DNA of 63,206 bases, filler included, from Stramenopiles sp. TOSAG23-6 (GCA_900128565.1; 9 parts of 9 records of this genome joined end to end with filler, not necessarily neighbours in it); one strand, 5' to 3'. Positions 1 to 10,871 are shown, counted from the first letter of the whole stretch. Notes: generated by a model not told the origin, from the sequence alone. Numbers and translations are program-made.

Positions 1-173
1 AAAAATTTTGAAAAAAATTTTGAAAAAAATTCTGAAAAAAATTTTGAAAAAAATTTTGAAAAAAATAGGAAAATGCAAAATGTAAAAATTTCAAAACATT
101 TTGACATGAATTTAAATATATCTGCAATGTGCATAGCAACATTATTAGGTCATACGTCTGCTATACTTGACAT

Positions 174-314
174 GTACGTTTTCATCTTGTTTTGTCTTTC
201 AAAATTCTAACAAAAAACATTTTTTTTTTTTCCAATTTTCAAGTTTTTTTTTTCATACGAAATTTTGTACCTAACATTTTTTTTTTTTTTTTGAAATATT
301 TTTCCAAGATACAT
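174..314 (+). mobile_element. Introner-like intron copy GT..AT (probably chimeric between two loci)
   Basis: GTACGTTTT start, TTTCATACGAAATTTTGTACCTAAC core, GATACAT end. The flanking exons do not join in frame. Confidence 0.7.
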
Positions 315-3300
315 CTACACTACATAATTCTCAAGAAAAATTAGCAAAACGACAAACAAAAAGTACAAAGCAAATGAACAAAAAAAAATGGGAAAATGTT
401 GATGCTATTGTACCAGTAGTGCATACGGAAGGGAGCAACTTTGGTGACAGTAAAAAACCAAATAATCATTTATTATTGTGCCGAACTTTGGCTGGTTTTA
501 TTATACATCCAAATGTCGGAGCTTGTATTGTCGTTGATTATGATGATGGTACAGAATCTGTTACTGGAACAGATCTGAAGCAATTTATGGAAAACAATGC
601 AGATCAAGAAGGAAAATCTATAGTAGAAGAAAAGTTTTCTTTATCACAAGCATTTCAAAATACAAATGTCAAATTTATGAGTATATGTAAAGACAATAGA
701 AACTTTGAAGATGATGTACATCGTACGGTCGATATAATTTATGATCTTTTACCAGTTGTCAATTCAATGAAAAGGAGCAAACAACCTCTATCTGCATTAC
801 GTGTTGCATTACAATGTGGTGTATGTTTTATTTTTTTTCAAATTCGAGTTTTTTTTTCGTACGAAATTTTGTACCGATGCTTTTTCTGGTGTATCAGGGA
901 ATCCATTAGCTGGTCATGTAGCTCAAATGCTGATTGAACATGGTGGTGCTGCAGTACAAGCAGAAACTGATGAATTGATGGGTGCAGAAAGCTATTTTTT
1001 AAAACGTTGCAAAAACATTGGCACAGCAAAAAAAATGTTGCATTTTATCGAACGTTTTAAACAGCGATTACGAAATCATGGACAAAGTCATGAATCCAAT
1101 CCTTCAGCTGGTAATAATTACCGTGGTCTTTATAATATTGCATTAAAGTCTTTAGGAGCTGGGATGAAAAAAGCACCAGCTGTTAGACTTGATTATGTTG
1201 CAGACTATGGTGAACGACTTACAAATAATGTATTTTTTTTTCAATTTCGAATTTATTTTTTTATAAAAATTTTGTACCTAACAAATCTTAGTTTTTTTTT
1301 TGAAATATTTTTCCAAAATACATGGACGCGGTTTTTTCTTTATGGATTCTCCTGGAAATGATTTGGAGTCTATCGCAGGTCAAGTGGCCACTGGTTGCAA
1401 TTTGATTTTCTTCACTACTGGTAATGGAGCTATTACAAATTTTCCATTTGTTCCCACTGTAAAAATTGTTACAACTACAAATCGTTTCAATGCATTAAAA
1501 AATGATATGGACGTAAATGCTGGGGAGTTTCAAGATGGAACTCCACTTGAAACTTTAGCAGAGAGACTTTTTGATCTTAGTGTGAACGTTTTATTTTTTT
1601 TCAAATTCGAGTTTTTTTTCGTACGAAATTTTGTACCTAACGAAATTTTTTTCAAATGTTTTTCCAAACTACATGAACGTAGCAAGTGGAAAAGTGTTGA
1701 CTAAAGGAGAATTAGCTGGCCATTCACAAGTATCAATTTGGCGAGATTGGTTTGTTTCTGATGACGAAACTATAAATCCTATAAATCCTATAAATCCTAT
1801 AAATCCTATAAATCCTATAAACACTTTTACAAATCCAAGTACATTTCCTGACACCGGTCGTGGTACAAATGCTACTACAACTATAAGTTCTTCCAAAGTG
1901 ATTAATAATAATAGTGATTTATTCAAAAATTACGAATCAAAGTCAATGAAACCTCTTGAAGCTCTTCTTATTAATAAATTTGATACTTTGTGTATAAAAA
2001 ATGATAAAAATAAGGAAATGACGAATGCCACAGATTCTATTGGACTCATCTTACCTACCAGTCTTTGTTCAAGTGAAATTGCTCGGCAAACGGTTTCTCT
2101 TTTAAATGAAAAATTGGAAATTGAAAGAAATGAAAAATTGGGCATTGAGAGAAATGAAAACCATAATTTAAAAAATAATCAAAATATGAAAGAAAACATT
2201 ATTTTATCAGATTATATATCTAGATTTGTAGCTTTACCTCATTCAGAAGGGTGTGGTTCCGCCGGTATTGATATTGATCAAATATATAGTGATATTTTAC
2301 TTGGTTATTTAATAAATCCAATAGTCGCCTATGCAGTTTGTCTTGAACATGGATGTGAGAAACATCACAATAATGAAATGAAATTGTTATTAGAGAAATC
2401 GCAATTATCCCCACATCGATATGGTTGGGCATCAGTACAAGGTGACGGCGGGATAGAAAAAGTTCAATATAAAGTAACGGAGTGGTTCAAATCTGCTGTT
2501 ACAAATACAAATAATTTCAAAAAAAAATCGTTAAGTACAAAATTTCGTACGAAAAATAATACAGTTTCAAAAACGAATCAGAAAAACAAAATGTCAAAGC
2601 TACTTATTGAGAAAAGAACAATAAGTGGTCTTGGTATTGGAATAGTTTCATCTATCAACCGTTTATCCAGTCTGAATATTGCTGTTGCAAATGCACTATG
2701 CGCTGTGATTCACCATTTAATATCTTCCGGGTCATTTGTAGTTATACCTTCAAATTGTTCTCTTTGTCGATCAGCGCCATGTATGTTTTATTTATTTTTT
2801 CAATTTCGAATTTATTTTTCGTACGAAAATTTGTACCTAACAAAAACAAAATTTTTTTTTGAAATATTTTTCCAAAATACATTCTTGGATAAGTTTTCTA
2901 GTTCCGGATTCTTATCCACGGAGTCATCTCTTCGATTTGGACAATCTTTGTATCTACAGTATAACCACAACCCTGCACACAATCAAATTAAACCGGGGAT
3001 TTATATTATGAATTGTGAAACAAATAACTGGAGTGAAATGTATTTTTTTATTTTTTTTCAAATTCGAATTTGTTTTTTCGTACGAAATTTTGTACCTAAC
3101 AAATTTAGGTTTTTTTTTGAAATATTTTTCCAAAATACATGATGACTGCTTTGGGTTCTAGTGGCGTCCAACAAATTATTGCCTATTCAAATATTCATAT
3201 TCCTGCAAATACGTTAATTCCTACAGTTTCAATATCAGGGCCAAACTCAATTTCGTCAAACTCAAATGCTGATATTATTCTCCGCCATTTGCCAAAAGTC

Positions 3301-3450
3301 AATACCATAACATCCGTTGCTATCGTTTGGGTTGAGCAAATTCTTGCCATGATTGTTAAAGTTGCTTCAAGAATTGTAGTACCAAGAGGAAATGCAAGTG
3401 AAAATACCCATTTCCAAATATATAGGGGTCGTTTAGGCGTGAGTGTTTAA
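315..3450 (+). CDS. UxaA/GarD-family (altronate/galactarate) dehydratase with a tandem second, degenerate domain; 5'-truncated; 5 repeat-family introns
   Basis: Motifs [23 protein letters not shown][12 protein letters not shown], [44 protein letters not shown]. The second copy has [15 protein letters not shown] and LEHGCE. ORFs 374, 801, 1300, 1631 and 3139 join when the insertions at 821-~870, 1230-1323, 1584-1674, 2781-2882 and 3040-3140 are removed. Confidence 0.85.
821..875 (+). mobile_element. Introner-like intron copy lacking its 3' third
   Basis: GTATGTTTT start and TTTCGTACGAAATTTTGTACC core run straight into exon sequence GATGCT; the CTAAC..ATACAT part is missing. Confidence 0.65.
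1230..1323 (+). mobile_element. Introner-like intron GT..AT (94 nt)
   Basis: Removal gives [21 protein letters not shown] is present on both sides. Confidence 0.85.
1584..1674 (+). mobile_element. Introner-like intron GA..AT (91 nt)
   Basis: Starts GAACGTTTT, full core present. Removal gives [11 protein letters not shown]. Confidence 0.8.
1771..1821 (+). repeat. 9-nt coding tandem repeat (TATAAATCC)n encoding (INP)n linker
   Basis: Directly visible; lies between the two dehydratase domains. Confidence 0.9.
2781..2882 (+). mobile_element. Introner-like intron GT..AT (102 nt, in-frame, stop-free)
   Basis: Full consensus. Removal gives CRSAPFLDK. Confidence 0.85.
3040..3140 (+). mobile_element. 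Introner-like intron GT..AT (101 nt)
   Basis: Full consensus. Removal gives NWSEMMTALG. Confidence 0.85.
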
Positions 3451-3534
3451 AAAACATGTCAATATATTTCTATAAATATGCTACCTACTACGGTACTACG
3501 ATTATTCAATAATTTGTTTTATTCTTAATGTATT

Positions 3535-3659
3535 CATTTATTTTGTAATTTAAACGGGTTTAAACATTTTCATTATTCAATTATTTTGTAATTTAAACGG
3601 GTTTAAACATTTTCATTATTCATTTATTTTGTAATTTAAACGGGTTTAAACATTTTCAT
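3535..3659. repeat. ~43-nt tandem repeat x3 overlapping the transporter stop codon
   Basis: TTATTTTGTAATTTAAACGGGTTTAAACATTTTCAT occurs three times. Confidence 0.85.
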
Positions 3660-4656
3660 CATCGCCATCATCGAAATCAGTTTGACGATCAATTTTGATA
3701 TAATCATCAGAATCTACTTTATTAACCTTGCGTAGTGGTGCTTGGCGATAAAATGTTCCTCCGATGATACAAAGCATTAAAGACAAAATCCCATTTCTCG
3801 AAGCATGATTATTCCAGATCATTAAATTCACTGTAATTGTTGCCATTTTATTCATAACACCAACTAAAGTAAATGTTGTTGCTGATGTTAAGGTACGACA
3901 CCACCACCCAGCGTAACTTATACCTGTACCTACAACAGCTGATATAAATAAAGCAAAACACGAAGGGATAGTCAAATAATTGAATATACCAAATCCCGTA
4001 GCTTCGGGAGTGGATGATCCTAATAGTCCAAGAATGACTGTCGGTATAATACTAAATGTATTCGTATATAAAACCGTACCAGAAAGAGAAAGATCTACTT
4101 CTTGAATAATATGTTTTCCATATACCATATTAAAACAAGTAATTATTAGATAAGCCATTGGCCAATAGTACACAGCAGAACCATTTTGCTGGAAACTATC
4201 ATCAAACCAAATATACCCGTAAGCACCAACTACAATAGCAAGGAGTGCGACTAATGATTTTTTTGAGGGCATTTCTCGTCCAAGAAAAATAAAGTCTAAT
4301 ACAGAAACAAAAAGAGGAGTCAGGCAGCGAAATACAATAACAGTTTCCACATTAGCTGCTTCAAGTGATCTCATTGAAGAATAAATTCCAAGAGCGAAAC
4401 CAATACAATAAATCATATAGGGTCTTATTTTTTCTGGATCGAAATCATCAACTGGGAATTCTATTCTGTTCGCTTTCTTAATTGCTAATACAAACATACA
4501 GCAAAATACTAATTGAAACGTAGTGACAAAAGGCGCGTTTGGAATCAAACCAACAGTGATTTTGTTTATGAGTAACATCGAAGACGAACATATTGAATAA
4601 AAAATAATTGATACAAGAATCTTAGATGTAGCAAGTGATCTTACAGTAAACCCCAT
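3646..4656 (-). CDS. Nucleotide-sugar (GDP-mannose/GDP-fucose type, GONST-like) transporter
   Basis: Multi-TM ORF with SSSMLLINK, ANVETVIVFR and SATTFTLVGVMNK motifs. Confidence 0.85.
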   Translation of the reverse strand: MGFTVRSLATSKILVSIIFYSICSSSMLLINKITVGLIPNAPFVTTFQLVFCCMFVLAIKKANRIEFPVDDFDPEKIRPYMIYCIGFALGIYSSMRSLEAANVETVIVFRCLTPLFVSVLDFIFLGREMPSKKSLVALLAIVVGAYGYIWFDDSFQQNGSAVYYWPMAYLIITCFNMVYGKHIIQEVDLSLSGTVLYTNTFSIIPTVILGLLGSSTPEATGFGIFNYLTIPSCFALFISAVVGTGISYAGWWCRTLTSATTFTLVGVMNKMATITVNLMIWNNHASRNGILSLMLCIIGGTFYRQAPLRKVNKVDSDDYIKIDRQTDFDDGDDENV

Positions 4657-4991
4657 TTGAAAGAAATGTATGAGCTAACAATAAAAGTAGAGTCAAATTG
4701 AGTTACTTGAAAAGGTTGAAACTTAAACACAGTCTTACAGTAGTCACTCAGGCTTGAGTGTTCTCGAACTTCTCGTGGTGGTCATCACGACGTCGACATC
4801 GACTGACTTGCCCTGTTACCGGGTATCATTGGATCGTAGGAGAGAGAGAGAACTGAGAACTTAAAAAAAAAAGATTTTTGTAGTACGACTACAATTTTTT
4901 TTTAGTTTATTTGCCTGTTAGGCAGCGTTGGTTTTCTTTTGCCATTGCATGTGGCATACCGCATTTTCAATAATAATTTAAAGTAGCATCT

Positions 4992-6041
4992 ATGCCAGAA
5001 CTAAAGTTTACAGTTCCTTCGGATTCAATTCCACCAGTTGAGTTTTATGGTGAAGAGTATCGCATACATACTAGCATGTTGCACAAAAAAAAAAAAGGGT
5101 ACTTAACTCAGCGGTCCATATGTTTTTTAAGCATCTTTGTAACATGTTTGTACTATCTCCCTATAGTGATGTTTATCAAAATCATAGGTATTATATCTGC
5201 TGCTATATTTTGCGGTATTCCTTTAATCCATTTTATCTTTGGTAAGAAGATATCTGCAATCACTGCCAGCATCTTGATACCAAAAGTTATGGGTTCGTTT
5301 GATAGAAAATTCCGTAGTGTAAGAAGCGAACTTCTTAAAGGATTGAGTGGTGAAGTCCTAGACGTTGGTTCGGGCTCTGGAGAATACTTAAAGTATATAT
5401 TTGCATCTGAAAAAGTGGAAAGTGTCATAGCTTTGGAGCCAAATAAGAATCTTCACAAAATTTTAAAAACAAAAATCAAAAATCTTCAAAAAGGTCGTAA
5501 ACTTTCTGCATCTGTTGTGGATGAATTTCTTGATGCTCACTTAAAAAAAGTTGGACCTGAAAAATATGATTGGATTATTTTAGGAAATGTCTTATGTGAA
5601 ATTCCAGATGTTGCCAATGCATTACAAGATTTAGATACTTTATTAAAAAAAAATGGCAGAGTATACTTCTCAGAACATGTCAGAGATCCAGATGGGACTT
5701 TGATGGCTTCAATCCAGGATCTCATTAATCCTTGGTGGAACCTCATATCGGATGGGTGTATATTATATTATCTTTCAAGTTAAAAATTGAATTTTTGAAT
5801 AACGTTTGAATAACTTTTGGCTTTTTTTTTTCTATGAAAAAGCAGACAAAAGTTTTGTTAGTAGGGTTAGTCTTAACATTTTTTTTTTTTTGAAATATGT
5901 TTTCACAATACAAGTAACTGTAATAGAAGAACTTTGGAGCTAATTGAAAAAAACACTTTGTGGAAGATCAAAAATTTTACATTTGCAGAAGGACATTTTT
6001 GGACAAAACGTATGGAAATAGGCATTTGTTACAAACCTTGA
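4992..6041 (+). CDS. METTL7-like SAM-dependent methyltransferase, 2 exons
   Basis: VLDVGSGSG, LEPN, VLCEI, FSEHV and W..ISDGCNCNR after removing 5758-5913; stop TGA at 6039-6041. Confidence 0.8.
5758..5913 (+). mobile_element. Diverged introner-like intron GT..AA (156 nt)
   Basis: Ends TGAAATATGTTTTCACAATACAA. The GT..AA register restores DGC-x-x-NR. Confidence 0.7.
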
Positions 6042-6246
6042 ATCTGTTAGGGTTAGGGTTATTTCAATGTTTGAAATCTAAATCTAATGGGGAAATAAAG
6101 TAAAGTAAAGTAAATACACTTTTATCATATCATACTAAATAATTAGCTCAAGAGCAAAGTTAAGCCCTAACCCTAATCATATCATACTAAATAATTAGCT
6201 CAAGAGCAAAGTTAAATACAATCTATTTTGACAATAACTACAAATT

Positions 6247-7914
6247 TTACAGCATTTCCCATTCACTACTACCTGAAGATGAGCGTTGTTTTGTCTTTTG
6301 TAAGTGTGGAGGTAGTTTCTTTTTGATACCCGAGCTTGCTGTTCTTGCAGTTGCTTCTGCAAGGCCGACTGCCCAAGTACCAGAACCATCCCATGATCTA
6401 TCTCCTTTACAACTTGCCTCTTTCAGTTCAATTGTATCCTCGAGGAAACTCTTCGCCATCTTTGGAGTTGAATGCTCAGAATACATTTCTCTTCTTTTTT
6501 TTGCTGTAGTTACAACAGGCATTGGAAAGTTTTCTGCTACATCATTGAGAGATTTCGTTAATTCATCTAAATCCGATTTATTTCGACAATAAAACCCTAC
6601 AGCCATTGAAGGATCAAGTGCTCGCATATTCATAACTTTTGGTGTACGACAATGAAACGTTGAGAAATGTTGTCGCACTTTTTTTACAGTACGCGACTTT
6701 GTCAAATCCAAAACGTTTTGTGTTGTATGTATTTTGGAAAAATATTTCAAAAAAAAAATCGTTAGGTTGAAAATTTTTATAAAAAAAAAAAATCGAATTT
6801 GAAAAAAAATAAAACATACATGCGGATCGAGAAAAAATAAATTACTATTTTGAGAGCCAAGGAAATATAAGGAATGTCCCGGGCGTCCTCCGATAAATCC
6901 TAGACTTTGTTTTATTTGAAGTAGTCGTAATAAAGAAGTATTGTGAAAAATATTTGTTTTAGTAAAAAAAATCGTTAGGTACAAAATTTCGTATGAAAAA
7001 AATGTTTGTAAAAAATTCATGATAAAAAACGTACAAGGACAATAACCTTCATTTAATCTATTTAGGCCTAAACGGAGGGGAACTAATATTAACGCAGATG
7101 TACCCCATGCAATATCTTTATTTTCATCATATTCGCATTCTTGTGTATTAGCATCCTTCTCCTGAGATTTGGAAGCATTCTTTGATAAAGAAAGTTTTTC
7201 CAAATGATTTTTTATTAGATGAGCAGCACTGCCTCTTTTTCGACATATTTCAACTACTTCATCAGTGTATATCACAGAATCATCAGCAACATACACCCCA
7301 AGAGGACCCTGTCCACCTACACGATGTGTTAACGCACATCGTTGTATAATATGAGAGACTATTGTTGGACCATACCACTGACCAGCCCTTTTACCAAGAT
7401 GATTTCCTTCCTGTACCATTTTATGTATGGAATAAAAACAACGCTGATTAGGGGTATCATTAAACCACGTCAGTATATCATAATATTTTTGGTATTGTCT
7501 AGGATTTCCACGAATGTTACCAACACGCCAATTAGTTCCAAAAAAATGCCGTTGAAAAGCTAGGGCAAGTAGCATTTGCCCCGTACGTAACATGCAACCC
7601 CAACCAGAGTCACTAGTATAGTCTGTGGGTACTATACGAGGAAAATCACGGCGATAGGTGAGCCAAATCAGAGAAGAAAACATATCCTTAAAGTCATTAA
7701 ATTCTTCTTCACTTGTCACAGAAATAGACTTCCCAAGAAAATAAACTTCGCCGATAAACTTATCTCCTGGACCACTCTTGGTCATTCCACCACCTTTTTT
7801 CTTTCTCCAGTGCCAAACATATTCAGGTGTTAGTAATGATCTTGCTGCATTTATTTTCTCTCCTAGCGACATTTGTCCCCTATCTTCTATCCAAAAACGA
7901 ATAAATCTTAGCAT
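6247..7914 (-). CDS. ATG4: Autophagy cysteine protease ATG4 (peptidase C54), 3 exons
   Basis: IWLTYRRDF, SDSGWGCMLRTGQM, GQWYGP, LVPLRLG, GGRPGHSLYF, LDPH|TTQ, LDPSMAVGFYC. The start codon is uncertain. Confidence 0.92.
   Translation of the reverse strand: MLRFIRFWIEDRGQMSLGEKINAARSLLTPEYVWHWRKKKGGGMTKSGPGDKFIGEVYFLGKSISVTSEEEFNDFKDMFSSLIWLTYRRDFPRIVPTDYTSDSGWGCMLRTGQMLLALAFQRHFFGTNWRVGNIRGNPRQYQKYYDILTWFNDTPNQRCFYSIHKMVQEGNHLGKRAGQWYGPTIVSHIIQRCALTHRVGGQGPLGVYVADDSVIYTDEVVEICRKRGSAAHLIKNHLEKLSLSKNASKSQEKDANTQECEYDENKDIAWGTSALILVPLRLGLNRLNEGYCPCTFFIMNFLQTFFSYEILYLTIFFTKTNIFHNTSLLRLLQIKQSLGFIGGRPGHSLYFLGSQNSNLFFLDPHVCFIFFQIRFFFFIKIFNLTIFFLKYFSKIHTTQNVLDLTKSRTVKKVRQHFSTFHCRTPKVMNMRALDPSMAVGFYCRNKSDLDELTKSLNDVAENFPMPVVTTAKKRREMYSEHSTPKMAKSFLEDTIELKEASCKGDRSWDGSGTWAVGLAEATARTASSGIKKKLPPHLQKTKQRSSSGSSEWEML
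6727..6819 (-). mobile_element. Introner-like intron GT..AT (93 nt, in-frame)
   Basis: Splits the ATG4 catalytic LDPH|TTQ motif. Confidence 0.88.
6936..7034 (-). mobile_element. Introner-like intron GT..TT (99 nt, in-frame)
   Basis: GTACGTTTT..CACAATACTT with TT on both sides. Removal gives YCPSLLRLL. Confidence 0.85.
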
Positions 7915-8288
7915 GAATTCGTGAACATTGTCATTATCTAGCTTGAATATCAACTCTAATCACACCAGAAACACTGTCATAAAAACGTTTGCAAAAATTG
8001 TTGGATGGATCTCCTGAATTTTCTCGATATTATTGGCGGATTATTGGCGTTTGATGATACGATCGATGATACCCGGTTTTTCCCGTTCCCGGTAATACCA
8101 TTGTGCTTAAATTGGTAAATTAATAACCTTTGATCAGAGGGAGAATTCTTGAGTGATCGATATTCGAAGTGCAACAATGAATACATTTATTTATAGTATA
8201 AACTAGAAGAATATTAAAGTTATTTTTCATCAAGATGTGACTGACCCAAACAATGGTAAAAAAAGCAGAAGTGGGGGAACCCCTAACC

Positions 8289-8588
8289 CTATTCAGCTTC
8301 GACTGGATCGAGAAATAGATGGAGACTTTCCAACCCAACTAAGCTATTTACATCAGAATTCAACTTTCTTATTTTTTTCAGTCTCTTCTCACCACCCAGA
8401 AGACGATGCGGTGGTGCACTACCTTTCTTAAGGATGTGTTTTAATATAAAATTATTTTCGATATGTCTTACTCTTGCAGCTATTCCATTATCACCCGTTG
8501 TAGAGAGAGGTAGTACATGAACTGTTAAAAGACCGTATAAATTACCAAATACAATATCAGTCAAGAGACGATCGCCCATCATACACAA
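8289..8588 (-). CDS. C-terminal fragment of HAD IIIA phosphatidylglycerophosphatase (Gep4/PGPP1/YqeG-like)
   Basis: MMGDRLLTDIVFGNLYG motif. The N-terminal part is absent. Confidence 0.7.
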   Translation of the reverse strand: MCMMGDRLLTDIVFGNLYGLLTVHVLPLSTTGDNGIAARVRHIENNFILKHILKKGSAPPHRLLGGEKRLKKIRKLNSDVNSLVGLESLHLFLDPVEAE

Positions 8589-8591
8589 TTC

Positions 8592-9137
8592 ATGAGCCTG
8601 AAAGTCTACAAAGACAATAGTAAGGGAATAAAGGAAATAAAAACATGTGATGAATTCACATCAGAGTGGGTTTTTGGAATGAGTGAAATTATTGTAGGAT
8701 ATATCAAAAGACCAGAATACAAAGTATTAAACACTCAAAACTGGACACGAAAAAAAAATCGAAAACTAGTTGCTTGCGCCTTTAAAGAATCCTCAAAATA
8801 TCATAAGAACGTTCGAATCGTTATTGAACCGACTCATTGGATATCTAATTGGGTTTCTATACAAAATTTGTTACCTGTTGATGATATCCAATCGATTCAA
8901 TCTAAATCACGTTTTCGAAAACGAAAAATTCCAAAAATTCCTATTGATATTGTTCATTGGAGGATATCCGCCTATGAATTGGCTGGAATTATTCGAATTG
9001 CCATGAATACTCGTGGAAGGCAAATTCGATTCGAAGTAATTCAAAAACAAAATCCTGTAGTCATTCACATAATACCGCCAAAGGTTCCCTGGAAAGCTGA
9101 AAAGGGAAATCCGCCAATTCCGCCACAAAATATTTGA
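8592..9137 (+). CDS. Hypothetical protein (possibly a fragment)
   Basis: 181-aa ORF, no recognised motif. Confidence 0.35.
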   Translation: MSLKVYKDNSKGIKEIKTCDEFTSEWVFGMSEIIVGYIKRPEYKVLNTQNWTRKKNRKLVACAFKESSKYHKNVRIVIEPTHWISNWVSIQNLLPVDDIQSIQSKSRFRKRKIPKIPIDIVHWRISAYELAGIIRIAMNTRGRQIRFEVIQKQNPVVIHIIPPKVPWKAEKGNPPIPPQNI

Positions 9138-9332
9138 AAAATAAAGAAAAAAATAATTTGAAATTGATTTTAATATTTTTGTCATTTCGTAGTAGACTGT
9201 TTCCCAAACAATTGGAAAAAACTACTTGAACGTACGAATTGTAAATTATAAAAATGTGTTATCTCTTCAGTTTTGTTTCTTTGATGATACTGGATAATAC
9301 CCATTTAACATATCAATCTTATATGGCTTTTA

Positions 9333-10871
9333 CTAGCAAAACCTTGGGTAATCTTTACAGAAGCCTGGGGTTGTTTTAATAAAACTCTTATAGACTGGGT
9401 GATCTTTAGAAGCTGGAGCTAATTTTGCACCGTTCTCTTCCAAGTATTCGATGATCTCTTCATACTTTCTTATTTTAAAAGCCATACTAAAATCAGACTT
9501 ATACTCAATCATCAAATGCGTTAAAGCCGCATCCAATGCACTCACATCATTTCCCTCAAATTTTCCAATTTCATTCACATTGACTTTGAATTTCTCAACA
9601 AGTAATTTAATAATGTCAAATCGCCTCCACATAGCGGCTACCGTTAACAGCGGTAATTCCCATCCCAGTCCCATATCATCAAAACGAGTTTTTTCAAGTG
9701 CACTTTGTCGTTTTTCAAGTGCACTTTGTTGAAGTTCTTCATAGAATTCGTGAACAGGTCGATGACGAATGTTGTAAGCCAATTGAGAGTTTACCAACAT
9801 TCGAGCTTCTTGGATTATACTCATTGCTTCATTAGAAGTCTTTGGCAGCAGTACATTAGTAATTGCTTTGTTACCTATTCTGAGAGCTGCACGTAGTATT
9901 TTCAGATGGGGTTCAGTGTATTGGTCAAGATACTCTATACCTTGTTGAGTAGCTCTGCTAGTTAGTACTTTGAAGTCGTCCGTGTGTGGTACTCTTGGAT
10001 GTGTAAATTCAAGGTCTCTGTCACCCCAGTCCATATTTACCCCAGTATCAGCTATTTCGTAGTGAAGATCCTGAAACTTTGATAAAAAGTCAATAATTGA
10101 AAGCTGTGAGTTTTCTGTATTTAGCGCTAATTTTGAGGTTAGACCCAATATATACAATGCATTAATACCTCCCATTGATGAAATTAAACCAATATTTGTA
10201 CCATATCCCTTATTCTGAAATTCCTGTAGATAATGTTTCATCCATTGACCATGACAAGATTCTGAGATTAACAGTACTGGTGTATTATGGTAAAGCTGTA
10301 TGAGTTTCTGCAGAAAAAGATGGTGATATAATGTTTTCATTACAGGTGGACTTGTTGGTGTCCACAAAGTCACACCTGAAATAATTTCTCCAGTTTCCTT
10401 GTCTTCTGCTTCTGCGCCATGTGCGTGTAAATATACAACAACAATGCTATGTACTTCATGATCTTCACTACCAAACCACGTTAATAGGTCTTTAGATTCA
10501 ATTGTAGAACCTTCTGGAAGCAATGATCTTAGGATAAATTCATTACCGCTTACTTCTGTAAACTCGTGGTTGTCGTGTAGATAAAGGCCGAGAGGAACCG
10601 GTAGAGCAGAATGTGTCGGCTCAGCTTCAGGTTCAGTGGCTTGGTGTCGAAGGGAATGTCTTGGTGAAGCAGAATGTGGCAGCTCAGGTTTAGGTTCAAG
10701 TTCAGGTTCAGTAGGAGCTGACTCGCTTGGTTGAGCAGAATGTGGCAGCTCAGGTTTAGGTTTAGGATCAGTAGAGGCTTGGTGTCGAAGGGAATCGCTT
10801 GGTGTGCTGTTCATAGCAGACACCACACACAAAGCAATTGTTAAGCATGTTAATAATAATTTTTGCATCAT
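9333..10871 (-). CDS. Secreted protein with caspase/legumain-like (clan CD) His-Cys domain and C-terminal ankyrin repeats
   Basis: Signal peptide, Pro/Glu-rich repeats, VVVYLHAHG and LLISESCHG, then ankyrin-like PLLTVAA..IIKLLVEK and SALDAA..IIEYLEENGA. Confidence 0.6.
   Translation of the reverse strand: MMQKLLLTCLTIALCVVSAMNSTPSDSLRHQASTDPKPKPELPHSAQPSESAPTEPELEPKPELPHSASPRHSLRHQATEPEAEPTHSALPVPLGLYLHDNHEFTEVSGNEFILRSLLPEGSTIESKDLLTWFGSEDHEVHSIVVVYLHAHGAEAEDKETGEIISGVTLWTPTSPPVMKTLYHHLFLQKLIQLYHNTPVLLISESCHGQWMKHYLQEFQNKGYGTNIGLISSMGGINALYILGLTSKLALNTENSQLSIIDFLSKFQDLHYEIADTGVNMDWGDRDLEFTHPRVPHTDDFKVLTSRATQQGIEYLDQYTEPHLKILRAALRIGNKAITNVLLPKTSNEAMSIIQEARMLVNSQLAYNIRHRPVHEFYEELQQSALEKRQSALEKTRFDDMGLGWELPLLTVAAMWRRFDIIKLLVEKFKVNVNEIGKFEGNDVSALDAALTHLMIEYKSDFSMAFKIRKYEEIIEYLEENGAKLAPASKDHPVYKSFIKTTPGFCKDYPRFC

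Noticed and set aside
1228-1321. Reading the family as U12-type AT-AC introns
   Set aside because: There is no ATATCCT donor, the AC is not invariant, and discriminating copies favour the G-start register.
3535-3659. CRISPR-like array
   Set aside because: Head-to-tail repeats with no unique spacers, in eukaryotic DNA with no cas genes.
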